From positions 23,872,001-23,932,000 of the forward strand of contig NC_087245.1 of assembly GCF_037042905.1 (NCBI RefSeq): DNA of 60,000 nt, given 5' to 3'. Position 1 is the first letter of the stretch. The number at the start of each line of letters is the position of its first letter. The notes beneath the pieces are model-generated. The model was not told the origin of the DNA and made no database searches. It saw nothing but the letters and a program-made list of their open reading frames with translations. Origin of the DNA: Lytechinus pictus (lineage: Eukaryota). Positions 12,066 through 23,807 of the stretch are shown here, in pieces. Both the position numbers and the translations under genes were made by a program.

Positions 12066-13937
12066 GCAATATAAAAAAAAATATTTGGTAGAACCATTTT
12101 TTAAAGTGATTTTGATGATAATAGAAAACTTGAATATGCAACTGAATGTGAAAGAGAACGATAGATTCAAGAGAAAATCGACCTGGACCTGGAGTCTCCG
12201 ATGGAGACTTTTATTCAATCTTTCGCACCGAGGCCTCCTCCGTGTTTTCGAAGTTCCCTATTTTTTCGTATAGATTTTATCATAACTGATCTTATAATGC
12301 ATGTTATTAAAAATAGAACATATTCGAGTCATTGTTTTAACTTTATTTGGATGAGATAAACTAGTTGGGGGAATGGTTAAACGAAACTGCGGTTTGCGAA
12401 ATTCGTTGAGAACGTCATAGATTAAGCCTCGAGTCTTTGTGTGGGAGTCGTCCCCGCCTTCCTCTCTTTGCTTACTGAGCCGCAAATTATAGTCACGCAT
12501 GCCAGAGAGAAGGCATATACTTCCTTATTGCGGCTCTTATTATAACTGACCATTATTAATCGTGAAAGTGCCCCCGCAATGCGTGACAACTTAATTTTAA
12601 GTGCCTGATTTCGTATTTTGTTAAAAGTCGCAAGGTAGCTGCAATAGCAATCATTCACCCAATTCACCTTTAGTCATGGGTGTATGAAGACACAATACAC
12701 GTTTATTCCAAGAGATATGTCAATTTAGAATTCAGAGAAGTCGATTCAAATAGGGATAAGTGATTTGCTGATATTTCTTAGAATTGTTTCATATTGTGTA
12801 TCGCTTGACTTTCATTATTTACAAAATATCTGAGAGGCGGCAACATCAGTTTTGTCGAAATATAGTGCTCTATTCAAATGATTTTTGTAGGATTTGAATA
12901 TGGTTTTCAAAGAATGATATACAATAGAATGAGACAGGGCCTCTAACCTATTCAAAATCGTGTGAAATATATGCTGTTTTTTTTCAAGTAAAATTATATC
13001 TTTACCAATAAAAAAGAATGCCAAAAAATAAAAAGCATAGCAACAACGATGTGTCCATTTTATTCCAAGTAGGGATACTTTCATCCCTGATTACCTACCA
13101 ATATTGCTTTTGTTAATTTTGTCACAAGTAAATAATATGAGTTTTTGTTGGGGCTATTTTAAGAACCCCCCTCACAACTGAGCAAAACATGACGTTAACT
13201 TTAGATCGTCTCCCCCCTATCAAATTATTATTACACCGATCTTGGTAGCCCCATAAATATAAATAGATTATGTATATTGAATTCAAGATAATTCTACTTT
13301 TGTGTAGACATAATTGGAAATGAAATCATCATAATATTTTTTGCAGGAAAGTTTCAGGCTAGTGTCCAATTTGTAGATGTTTTTAATTCATAATTTGACC
13401 TAATATTTGTCTCTTTCTCGTCTTTCTTTTGAGTGTGGATAATGATTGTTGGTGAATTCAGTGTCCAACCGGCGACAAATATAGTCAAATTCAACCAATG
13501 TGTTGTTTAAAATCTACTAGAATTTTGGTTCATAATTATGGACCATTTTTATCAGTCAGATTCGACATTAACCAACATCATGGTTACTTTGACCAATCCT
13601 TTTTAAGAGTGTATTGTAGGCATGCAGGATGCTCGGTTTAGATGCTCTTTTAAGTTTGTGCAAACACGCCCTTACATTTTGGTGATTAGAGTGATGGGAT
13701 AGCACGAGATGGTAATTAGATGAAGCCATTACGATGCCGGTATAGATGAATGGGTAACGACACCGTAGAAGGAAAAGAAGCTTCATTGAAACAAAAGCAC
13801 TTGCCCGGGCACTTGCCTGGCTATTGACGAGCGCAGATAACCAATAACGAAGGATTTCAAAAACGAAAAAGCGGCAAAAAGACTTCTAAAGAGTCACTAC
13901 GTGGTTTAACATCGTGGTGCTTCGCAGCAGGAGATTT

Positions 13938-14476
13938 TAATAAATAGAGAAAAATCAAACTAGCAGAATTATAAAAATTTCATCAAAATCGGATGTAAAA
14001 TAAGAAAGTTATGGCGTTTTAAAATTTCGCTTATTTTCCACTAAACAGTGATATGCACAACTCAGTAACATGCACCTTTTGTTTTTTATTGTTTGAATTA
14101 TACAATATTTCATTTTTTTACAGATTTGACAATAAGGACCAACTTGAATGAACCATATAGTATTAAACAATACTTATTCCACATGTTCGGGATGAATTAA
14201 TCGTTGTTTCCCTTGACAATGATGAGAAAATTAGAATATTTCATATTTCATATAATAAAATACAAAAGAGATAGTGAGTGGATGACGTCATCAGTCTCCT
14301 CATTTGCATACTGAACAGATTGTGCATATAACTATTTTGTGAAACTTATAAGAGAAACTTTAAAATGTCATAACTTTCTTATTTTACATCCGATTTTGAT
14401 GAAATTTTCAGTTTTATGCTTTTTGGATTTCTCTCTTTTTATTCAAATCAACTTTTTGTTGGGGTGGACTTGTCCT
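13938..14476. mobile_element. Second, 5'-truncated copy of the Kolobok-like MITE
   Basis: High similarity to 685-1198; ends GGGGTGGACTTGTCCT|TTAA. A third degenerate fragment lies at ~36182-36400. Confidence 0.8.
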
Positions 14477-15396
14477 TTAAGTATAGCACCGGTACATCCC
14501 CATATATCAAAGCACAAAACTGGTATTTACTGCACCCTAAAGGACAAAGTCATGCTTATTAAACAATCATATTTCATCAAGAATAATTTTAGTAGCGATA
14601 CACATACCATATATTCATAAATAAAGATAATAATTTGTGATTGTCATTTATGCAATATTCATCAAATTGACTGTGACAAGCAATTAATATCAATAGATCA
14701 CATCCTAATTTGTATTCGATGTCAAATTTCACAGTAATATTGTAAGGTACGATTATAATTGGATATCTTCTAAATTGATATCTTAAGAGAACTAAAGTGA
14801 CGATGTCCTATACTGACAATTATTTGTTATGTGTAAGAAGATTATTTAAGAACTGTTAGTAGTCCTTACCACGTAGTGTTATCATTACTGAATTTAAAGC
14901 ACGTACCTGATGTATCAAATCAGAATTAATGGCTTTCTCAATCAGAGATTTGATATTTTCTATAGTTTTCAGCTTAAAGGCTGGTGACACGATTGCTGGC
15001 ACTTAAACCATTTTCACTCTAAAAAACGTGTTATCGTTAAGAATTTGATGTTTGGGGGGGGGGGCCAGTGGAAATAAAATGATATTACATATAATTTGGG
15101 CGGTATTCTTGTAGCATTGATGAAGATAAACGTAGATTAACTTCGGCGACAGCCCTTTTTTAAAGAGTCTTTGAAGGTTTGATGAAAATTAGTATTGATT
15201 TTTTTTTTTATTATTTCGACACTTACAAAGGAAGACAAAATTATTTCATCCATTTTTTGAACTTTCATTAATGTCGATTGCATACCAAAGTCAAGAAGAA
15301 GAAAATTAAAAGAACCCTAATTTTGTATTCGTTCGTTTGTTTTATGTTTCGGTAATTTATTTCTGATTGTTAATTATTCACGGGTGTCGATCCTGA

Positions 15397-15630
15397 GGTA
15401 AATTGCCAATTCGTCCACTACCAATTCGTCCACTCACCACATGGTCTACCTTTATTTAGTCTGATGCCATTCCGTCCTTCAACATTTCGTCTAACAACCA
15501 TTTGGTCCAATAACCATTTGGTCCAATCATCACTTCGTCTAATCACCAGTTCGTCTATTGCCATTCCGTCTAATAACCAGTTGGTTGAATACCTATTTTA
15601 TTTTCCTTTGCACAATTAATACTTTAGTGT
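15397..15630 (+). mobile_element. Partial copy of the GGTAAA-terminal foldback element with ~17-bp subrepeats
   Basis: GGTAAATTGCCAATTCGTCCACT...; homologous to 46237-46638 and, inverted, to 49783-50171. Confidence 0.75.
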
Positions 15631-15921
15631 AATCAAACCAAAATAGAGTCCCGAAATGTGACGTCATCAATATTTTTGTTTGTTTTATTTTACCGCTTCT
15701 GATACCATATTTAGGTTGAGCATGATGATAAACCCCTACAATCAAAATTTGGTCGGAATCGGTCCATGGGGCCCCAATATGCGACCGGCAAGAATACATA
15801 ATTAGCCATATTGATATAAATGTATCCTTGGCCTGGTTCTAAATGTAATGAACGGATCCAGACGGATCGGGTGGGGGGGGGGCGAAGGGGCCGCCACCCG
15901 GGATCCACCTATGACTTATTA

Positions 15922-16129
15922 CATAGTAAAAAAAAAATTATACAACGCTGTTTACTATATGAATCTTACAGTAATTGTTTAAACAGTTTAAATCTTAAGC
16001 AACAAAGTTTAATTTTCAATATCTAATCTTCAATAAATTAAACATGATTGTTTAAACGGTTAAACAAATAATGTAAGGTTCATATAGTAAACAGCGTTGT
16101 ATAAAATCTTAAACAGCGTTTTTACAGTG
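15922..16129. mobile_element. Palindromic MITE (CACTG-type terminus, TA flanks)
   Basis: TTATACAACGCTGTTTACTATATGAA.CTTACA mirrored by TGTAAGGTTCATATAGTAAACAGCGTTGTATAA; ends TTTTTACAGTG|TA. Confidence 0.7.
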
Positions 16130-16749
16130 TACACCGCATTATAAGCCTTTTAGAATTTGTGGTGAGATTGTATTAAACCACTATTGTAGACACCAATAGA
16201 CACTAATAAATAAAAATGTTACCATTTTAACATTTTATGTCGGATTTAATGCTATATTTCAACTAAGATATTAGGTTATAAAAAATCTTAGATTAGATTA
16301 ATCTTGATATTTCATTTTTTTTCTCGTTATCTTTCCTATTGTTTGTTTTTCTTTTGCTTTATTTTTAACAGCAACGTAAATTCCAAATTTTTTGGCTATT
16401 CGATGTCCCTAATGTTTTATGCATGGATAATTATTTATAACAACTCGGTACGCCATGAAATAATGACGATATCCCAGGCTTTCAGAAGTAGAGCATAATT
16501 ACGTTGACTCCCCAAAGAATCGAAACACGCCTCGTCCGAATCCGTAGAATGCCTTACTGATTTACAAGCAATCACCTCCCATTACGAGGGGTAGTGAATT
16601 CATTACGTCGTGTTGTGGTCTTTTCAATCTCTCGACCTATTTTCCATGTACTGCAGTTATGTACGTATTTACATTTTCGGTGTAAACACGGGGAATTAAT
16701 ACATTACTCAAAGTGATAAAACACCGGAAAGTTGTCCTATGGCTATGAT

Positions 16750-17049
16750 GGCGGACTACTGTCGTTAAGTTGCGTATGGCCCTTCTTTGTAAATCCGTGA
16801 ATACTATTCTGCCAGCCCTCGCAGAAGGAGAACTATCCCTGTTGTCGTCAAAGAGTCCGGGAGGAGTGACCCAGTAAATTATTTCGTCTACTACTATAGC
16901 TAAGTTCGTTCTTGATTTAATTTGAAAGGTAGCCACGCCTTCAGATCCAAATCTACCAGGATGCGGATTTCGGAAGAAAATGGTAGGATCTATCACATGC
17001 AATGATGCTGTTCAACAAGGAGGAACTATCTATTTTGAAGAGCAAGTAG
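16750..17049 (+). promoter_or_regulatory. Probable promoter-proximal 5'UTR exon of the SLC18B1-like gene (start approximate)
   Basis: CpG-richer segment ending in a strong donor TAG|GTGAGA, followed by T/GT-rich intron-like sequence. The first coding exon has an acceptor, so an upstream exon is required. Confidence 0.5.
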
Positions 17050-18288
17050 GTGAGATTTTCTTCTTTTGCTATTGTTCATTTACACCAATGTTTCAAAGGG
17101 TGAGTGTTTTTGCGTTTTGTTGACAGTTTCAGGCGGAGTGTGTGCGGCGTATTATTTTTCAATCCAAATTGCATGGAACTTTAAGTTATAGTTAAAACTG
17201 CAGTGGTCTTTTTTTACAATGGCTCCTTCCTCGTGTTTGATAACAATTTGTGTGTGTCAGTGGCGTCAAAGATGTGTATGATCTATCGATAATAATTATA
17301 TAAGCGCTGTAACTTTTGGCGGCCATAACTTTTAATGGGTTATGTCATTTGTAAGATGTGATGCTATGACAGTACAGTTTTATGCATACTTGGAACCCCA
17401 GCTATAGAAATTACCATAAAAACGGCATCCATACCAAATTGGGCCACATAATATATGTGGCCCAATTTGGTATGATTGTCGTTTTTTAGGGGCAGCTCCT
17501 CGGTATTTTAATGGGGGGGGGGGAGGGGTGTCTAGTGGAAAACGGTGAAATCATATATTTTCTCAACGAAATATTTGAGATATCATTTGTCCAACAGTAC
17601 ACCCATGATTTGTCAATGCTCCACTTTTCTTCGTCCTTCCCACCTTTTTTCATAACTTAATTTTTAAGTATATAATATATATTTTGTGTATTATTGTCCT
17701 TGAAATTCACAGGGAGGAGACCGCCCTGCCCTCTATACCCTGCCTACCATTTCACCAACGTCATATCAATATATGGACCTGTCATGATCAATGCGAAGTA
17801 TAAAGCAAAATAATCCTTTTTAGATTCAAATGTTTTGATGGTGCAAGCAGGGAGGTAGGGCCGAGTACGACAATATTGTTGTCAATAAATAGTGGGCTTA
17901 TACCATTATCATGCAAGGAGGCACAATAGTAAAGTCGATTTAGAATTCATGGATGATTTGTTGTAAAAAACATGATAGTGGAAAGAATAAACAACATTCC
18001 ATTGTCTGGATTATCTGGCTAGTAACTGAATGAGAAGTATTCATACGATAATTCTCTGCTTTCAATGCTGTACCGGTGATGAATGCGTGTCATTGTGGGG
18101 ATGGGTGTGAGAGAGATTATAGAGAGAGAGATGGAAGGTAGAGAGAGATGGAAGAGGGGAGGGAGTGGGGAGAGTCGATGTCAGGGCGGCGTCAGGATCT
18201 TGATGGTGGGGGCGACGTCAATGTGAAGACGTCATTTTTCTTTAATTATTGAATTACGGGAATAGTTACAGTTATATATACATCTATA

Positions 18289-18409
18289 CAGTGGCGGACC
18301 GTGACCCGGAGAAGACAAAGCATGGGGGGGGGGGCCGGCACAGCATTGTTCACAAACAATACAGTGCCCCTCCAATGCTTTGTCTCCTCCGGGTCACGGT
18401 CTGCTACTG
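18289..18409. mobile_element. 121-bp hAT-type MITE (8-bp TSD CATCTATA), nested in an older CAGGGC..GCCCTG element (~18182-18508)
   Basis: CATCTATA|CAGTGGCGGACCGTGACCCGGAG.AGACAAAGCAT ... ATGCTTTGTCTCCTCCGGGTCACGGTCTGCTACTG|CATCTATA. Confidence 0.88.
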
Positions 18410-20002
18410 CATCTATAGGCCTATGCCCTTCGTTCCCATTGCCTTTTTTTATTTCTTGAAAATCATAAGGACAGTTATCCCCTGCCCCACCCCTGTGTCA
18501 GCGCCCTGGATATCCATAAATACGAGTGATGGACTTTGCCCTATCCGGGTATTTACGGATATATCAATATTGACGCATATTTGCAGAGTTTATTGTTCGA
18601 TGAACCATAAACCATAAATCATATTTAGGTCTATTCATGCAAATACCTGAATTTCCTTTTAAAGTAGAAAATACTCTGTATTTGATGACATTGACCCTTT
18701 GAGAGTGACCAAACTCCATGTAGTTCCATTGAGTAAAAGACTCCACGGTCATCTTGAATAAAAAATCATTTTGAGTGGTGAACTTGCCAAGGAGTTCTAA
18801 TTCCTCACTTGAAATAAGGGGCGACACCGGAACATTTTAATGATGGGGGGGGGGGGCAAGACAATCTGAAAATGAAGTAATATTCTTTTTTTTTTTTTAT
18901 AGCTATAGGTATTACCTATCCTCTCTTTTTATGCTTGCCTTCTGTCTTTCTCAATTCTCCCTTTTCACTGTTTGAAATATGGCCCTCTCCATGTGGCGCA
19001 GCCCCTGCTCGAAACGTTTATCATACGTAGACTTTCAATTTATACCCATTTGAACAAAAACGTAGCAAGTTTATAGATTTTTATACTTAATAAAATATAT
19101 TACATCTGCTCTCTCAAACGGACAAAACCCTGCTACCACACACTTTCTTCTTTTAAAAAATGGCGATGGTAAGTCACCTTTTTTAATTTGTTATCGGTTC
19201 GGGAGCTGTATTTAATGGTAATAAGCCAGTTCACGGTTGTAAACTGCGCACGAGCAGAAAAAGGTCATTTGAGATAAACCATGAAGGTGGCTTTCAAATT
19301 CACTCACATAGGCATTTGTGATTTGATGATTATTCATGTATTCCTTTCAAAATATTCATTTTATCACATCCAAGCTGAAGAGTAATAAATAGAGCCTTCA
19401 TAATTAGTGGTATTTAACAGTAGCCTAAACAATAGTCAAATGTGCCAAAGGCAGACAATAAAACAGATTTCCAAACTTTATCCCTGATGTACTATTCTAG
19501 TCACCTGGTCTATACAATGCCTTTTGTTCTTAGAATATGAATACTCTACCGGTAAAGCTTACGCAACATCTACATTTGAAAATGATAGTGCTTATCCTAA
19601 TGAAAGATGACAAAGGTCATTTGAGAAAAGTTGATCATGAGCTAACCGTGAACTGGCTTATTTTTAACTGCGAGACAACACGCTTACACTGACATAGCAA
19701 TACACCTGACCCATTGCACTACATATTGATTGAAAATTGTTTTGTTCCTCTTTGGAAGCCCCCCCCCCCCCCTCCCCCTGCTTTATTGCCGCCATGTTTA
19801 TATCTTTAGTATATTCTTCCCACGAGGGAGGGGGTGGGCTGATTTTGAGTGCAAGTACCATTTTAAAAGCCATCACTAACTCTTCTGAACATACCATGCT
19901 TGTTTTGTTTCTCAGTTAGGTCTGATATATTTATAAAACAGTGGCTAATGTTGATCTTAAAAGTGATATAAAACACCTTTTGATATTAATGTCTTTGTTT
20001 AT

Positions 20003-20520
20003 CCCGGGGGGGGGGGGCACTTTCAATTGGCGAGTGGATACCATGCGCGACCATGGGGTTTCGAAAAGCACCCTTAACAAGTATTTCCCATATTCTCACT
20101 GAAAATGCACCCCTTGACAAGTATTGGCGTGTGAAACCCTACCCTTAACAAGTATTAGAAGCAAAATGGTACCCTTGGGAAGTATTCCCTGAATGGAACC
20201 CCTAAGCAAGCACAGCGATATGTCACGGACTTCGGTTACCTACATCATTGGGTTTGTATGGCCCAACCTCCCACACCTCACGCAAATCGGACTCTAAACA
20301 CGTAGTGTTGACTGTTAGGGCAAAAAGTACATCCTTTATAAAACATTTTAGCTTTCCGAGCGAAATAGATACCCGTTTTTCATTATTTTAGTGATTTGAC
20401 ACCCTTATATTACGTTACGTACGTACGTGCCCTATCTTGAAAAAGACATCGTTTTTACGTGTTTTGGGGGGTCGCACATGGTATCCACTCGTCAATGCAA
20501 GTGACCCCCCCCCTCCGGGG
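20003..20520. mobile_element. MITE, inverted copy of the 4362-4876 family
   Basis: Same TIRs; internal TTTCGAAAAGCACCC and GTGAAACCCTACCCTTAACAAGTATT are the reverse complement of the 4740-4830 segment. Confidence 0.8.
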
Positions 20521-21524
20521 CACATGGGTATCGATACAATCTTGTGAAGTAAATCAGTTAATGCCAACCTTAAATTGCATTTGTTCACCAGCAGGTACTG
20601 GGTTTAAAGACATACATTTTTCCTCATTTATAATGTACCTTTGCTTGTACTTATCTAAGTTCTCTTTACTATTATGTTTTGCTCTCTTCTAAGCGCCTTG
20701 AGCATTTACTAGTAATCAAAATGGAAAAGACGCTATATAAATCCTATATATTAATATTATTATTATTATTTATTATTATCATTATTATTATTATCAAATC
20801 AGAACGGGTGCCCATGCAATGCATAAACAATACAATATAATTTCGAGTATCAGCAAATGACACAGTCAATGCAAACCGTATTCGGAAGATATTAAGTCAT
20901 ATCACTCAACCGCGCTGACGTCAAAGTTTTATAATGGTTTAAACAAAAATGAGGACTACGTATTACAAATTCCAAGTTGTATGTCCATTATACGACGATT
21001 ATTACTCCCAACGCGCACAGCTTCGCAGACTCTGATACCCCCTTTCCCCCTCTCTAATTTACCGAATAATTGATGATGATTATCATCCACGTAGCTTTTA
21101 TCCACTTTCGAATGAATCACTTCAATTCGTAGAATAGACAAGCTATTTCACGGTGTCGGCTTTATATATATATATATTAGCATATTAGCAACACTGGTGT
21201 GGTGTGCGTTAGTGGCGGGTGTGGGAGGGGGGCGTGTAATTCGAGAAGCACTCCTTTCTTGCACGATTTATTCTTAGATAACTGAATGCATTGCGTTCTT
21301 TCAACATCATAAATTTCATGGAATCTGCTTGGAACTGAAAAGCTAACAGATTTTATTTTTATTTTTACACAAATCTATTACAAAATTAATCATTCATGTT
21401 AATATTTTCATTTTTCACACGAAATTTCAAGGATCGGCGCTCCATGTCTCGGATTTCCAATTTCTGCCTCATTGCGCTGCTGATGGGCAAGGAATACAAA
21501 TAAAGAGTACGGATAATTTATTAT

Positions 21525-21885
21525 AATTATTATTAGCAGTAGAGGTAGCAGTAGTACTACTCGTAGTAGTAGCAGCAGCAGCAGCAGCAACAGTAGTGGT
21601 AGAGGTAGAAGTATTAGTAGTAGTATAGTAGTAGTAGTCTTGGTAGTAGTAGTATATAGTAGATGTAGTAGTAGTAGTAGTAGTAGTAGCAGTAGTAGTA
21701 GCAGCAGAAGCTGAAGTGCATATAGCAGTAGTATAGTAAAAATGGCCATTGTCGTCGTCATCGTCGTCGTAGTTGTAGTAGTAGTAGAAGCAGCAGCAGC
21801 AGCAGTAGTAGTATAGTAGTAGTAGTAGTAATAGTAGTAGAATAGTCGTAGCAGAAGTAGTTGCTGCAGTTGCATTAGCAGTTGT
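21525..21885. repeat. Compound (AGT/AGC/GTC)n microsatellite
   Basis: Direct reading. Confidence 0.9.
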
Positions 21886-22310
21886 AAAAATTTAATTTTG
21901 AAAATTAATTTTGAAAGTTTGCATGTCCACCCATAATTTATCTATTTGTAAATAATAAAAAACAAAACAAAACAAATTAACAGCTATGATGACTGCTCGG
22001 TGAAAAGGACAACTCAATCAAGAGGATCAAGTTTTGTAATCTTCAGGCGGACTTCTAACTAGCAACATGAAATATTTGCAGAGCGGGTTGTACCATTTCT
22101 GCGTTATAGTTTGAACATATCCAGGACTATAAGAAAAATCTAGTATTTCTTTTAAAAAAACCTTTAGTAGGCCTAAATAGATAGGGGCCGTCAATTCAAA
22201 CCGTCATTGTAACACGAACATACATTGAACTGAGTTTTACCCGCATCATGACTGAAAAATAATAGTATCTAGATATCAATATCTTCATATCATATAGCGG
22301 GTCATCTAAA

Positions 22311-23005
22311 CCCTAAATAGAGTGGACTACTTCGACGTCTAAGAAGACGGGGGGGGGGGGGGGTTGGGCCGACTGATTCAGCCCCCCCTCCCCTATAATG
22401 ATCTCGGCCGTCGATCACGCGATCGCGACGAAATTGGCACGCGCGTTACCCAGGGCATAATCTACAAAACTGATTTATGCGTAAAATCAAAAGTTTGCTC
22501 TAATTAACTAAATAATGCTCATAGAATGCTATATTTTGGTACACAGACTCTTTATTGGGATCTGATTAAATGTGTTTTTTTTTTAAACAAAAAATCAACA
22601 TCGAATTTATTTTCTAATGTATTTTTTTTTTCTAAATGTCTTATGTACTTCTTTGTTTTTCGACTTTTTGTTTTTTCAATGGAAATTGTCAAGGACTTTA
22701 TTTTGACCATAAACAAGATGAAATTAATTGATTTTAATCAGTAAAATGAAAAATAATGATACATTTTTTAATTTTGGCTAAAAATATTATTTACATTGGA
22801 TTTGTACACGAATTCACGATTTTAAACAAATACGAAATGTTGCGAAATTTCGGAACCGCGTACCCGGAGGTCACAATTTTGACTCAAAATTTGCGCGAGA
22901 CTTGAAAGTAATAAGTCAGCGAGCGACGCGATCCAAATAAAATGCGCGGTTGATTTATCGCAAAAATGGCGAGGGGCTGATGTAGCTCCCTCCGTCTTTT
23001 TATTT
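22311..23005. mobile_element. Non-autonomous DNA transposon, possibly piggyBac-like, with degenerate TIRs
   Basis: TAAA|CCCTAAA..AAGAAGACGGGG..CTGATTCAGCCCC ... GGGGCTGATGTAGCTCCCTCCGTCTTTTTA; paralog at 107-645. Confidence 0.6.
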
Positions 23006-23378
23006 AAAAGACGATATTATCTGTAAAACCAAATATGATCACTTTCTTTTTTTATACAGATAATACCGTTTATGTTCAATTCCTTTATCTCTCACTCATA
23101 TTTTAAAAGAGATTATTCACAACAGAAAGGCTGCACTGGGATGGCTGTCGTAGGACTATATATTTTCAGAAGTGATTAATGAGAAAAAAAAATAGGAACA
23201 AAAACATGAATGAAAAAAAGCATTTATAGGAGATTATGATGGGTCGTGCAACTATGTAATACCCTCGTTATTTCATTTATAAAATATGAGTCATATTTGT
23301 GACGAGTTTTTGGTTTCTTTCACCAACCATGCTCAAACCTATATTATTTCGTTGCAGGTGTATTGACATGCAGACAAC

Positions 23379-23807
23379 ATGCCGAGAAAGAGGGGTAAAC
23401 AAGTTTCTTTTATGACATCCGAGAGTTATTTTGGATATGAACAGGTGTCGTCATCTGCAACGGACCTATCAGAGTCGAGTTTGAAAACTTCCAGCCAATC
23501 AGAGGCTGATTTACTTCATAATATGGAAAACAATGGACAGAGCCTTGAAATAGACAAGCGCGGGTTGGAAACGCTGGAAAATGACAGAATTCTAAAGGAT
23601 TTTTTACTGCGAAAAGGTGAAATTAGAGGGCGACTTGATGAAGAGGATACAAACCCCGATGATGTCGACAACGAGCATCTTGATGACGACAGTTGTGGAA
23701 AATATAAAATAACAAAGTCGGATATGATCACTTTCCTCTGTCTTGTCGTGTCAACATTTATAAGCTGGCTGGCTTTTTCGATAATGGCACCATTCTTCCC
23801 AAACGAA
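23379..23807 (+). CDS. SLC18B1: SLC18B1-like coding exon 1 (long acidic N-terminus plus TM1)
   Basis: Acceptor at 23357, ATG at 23379, donor GTGAGT. Confidence 0.88.

Noticed and set aside
21408..21875. 155-aa ORF
   Set aside because: Microsatellite translation
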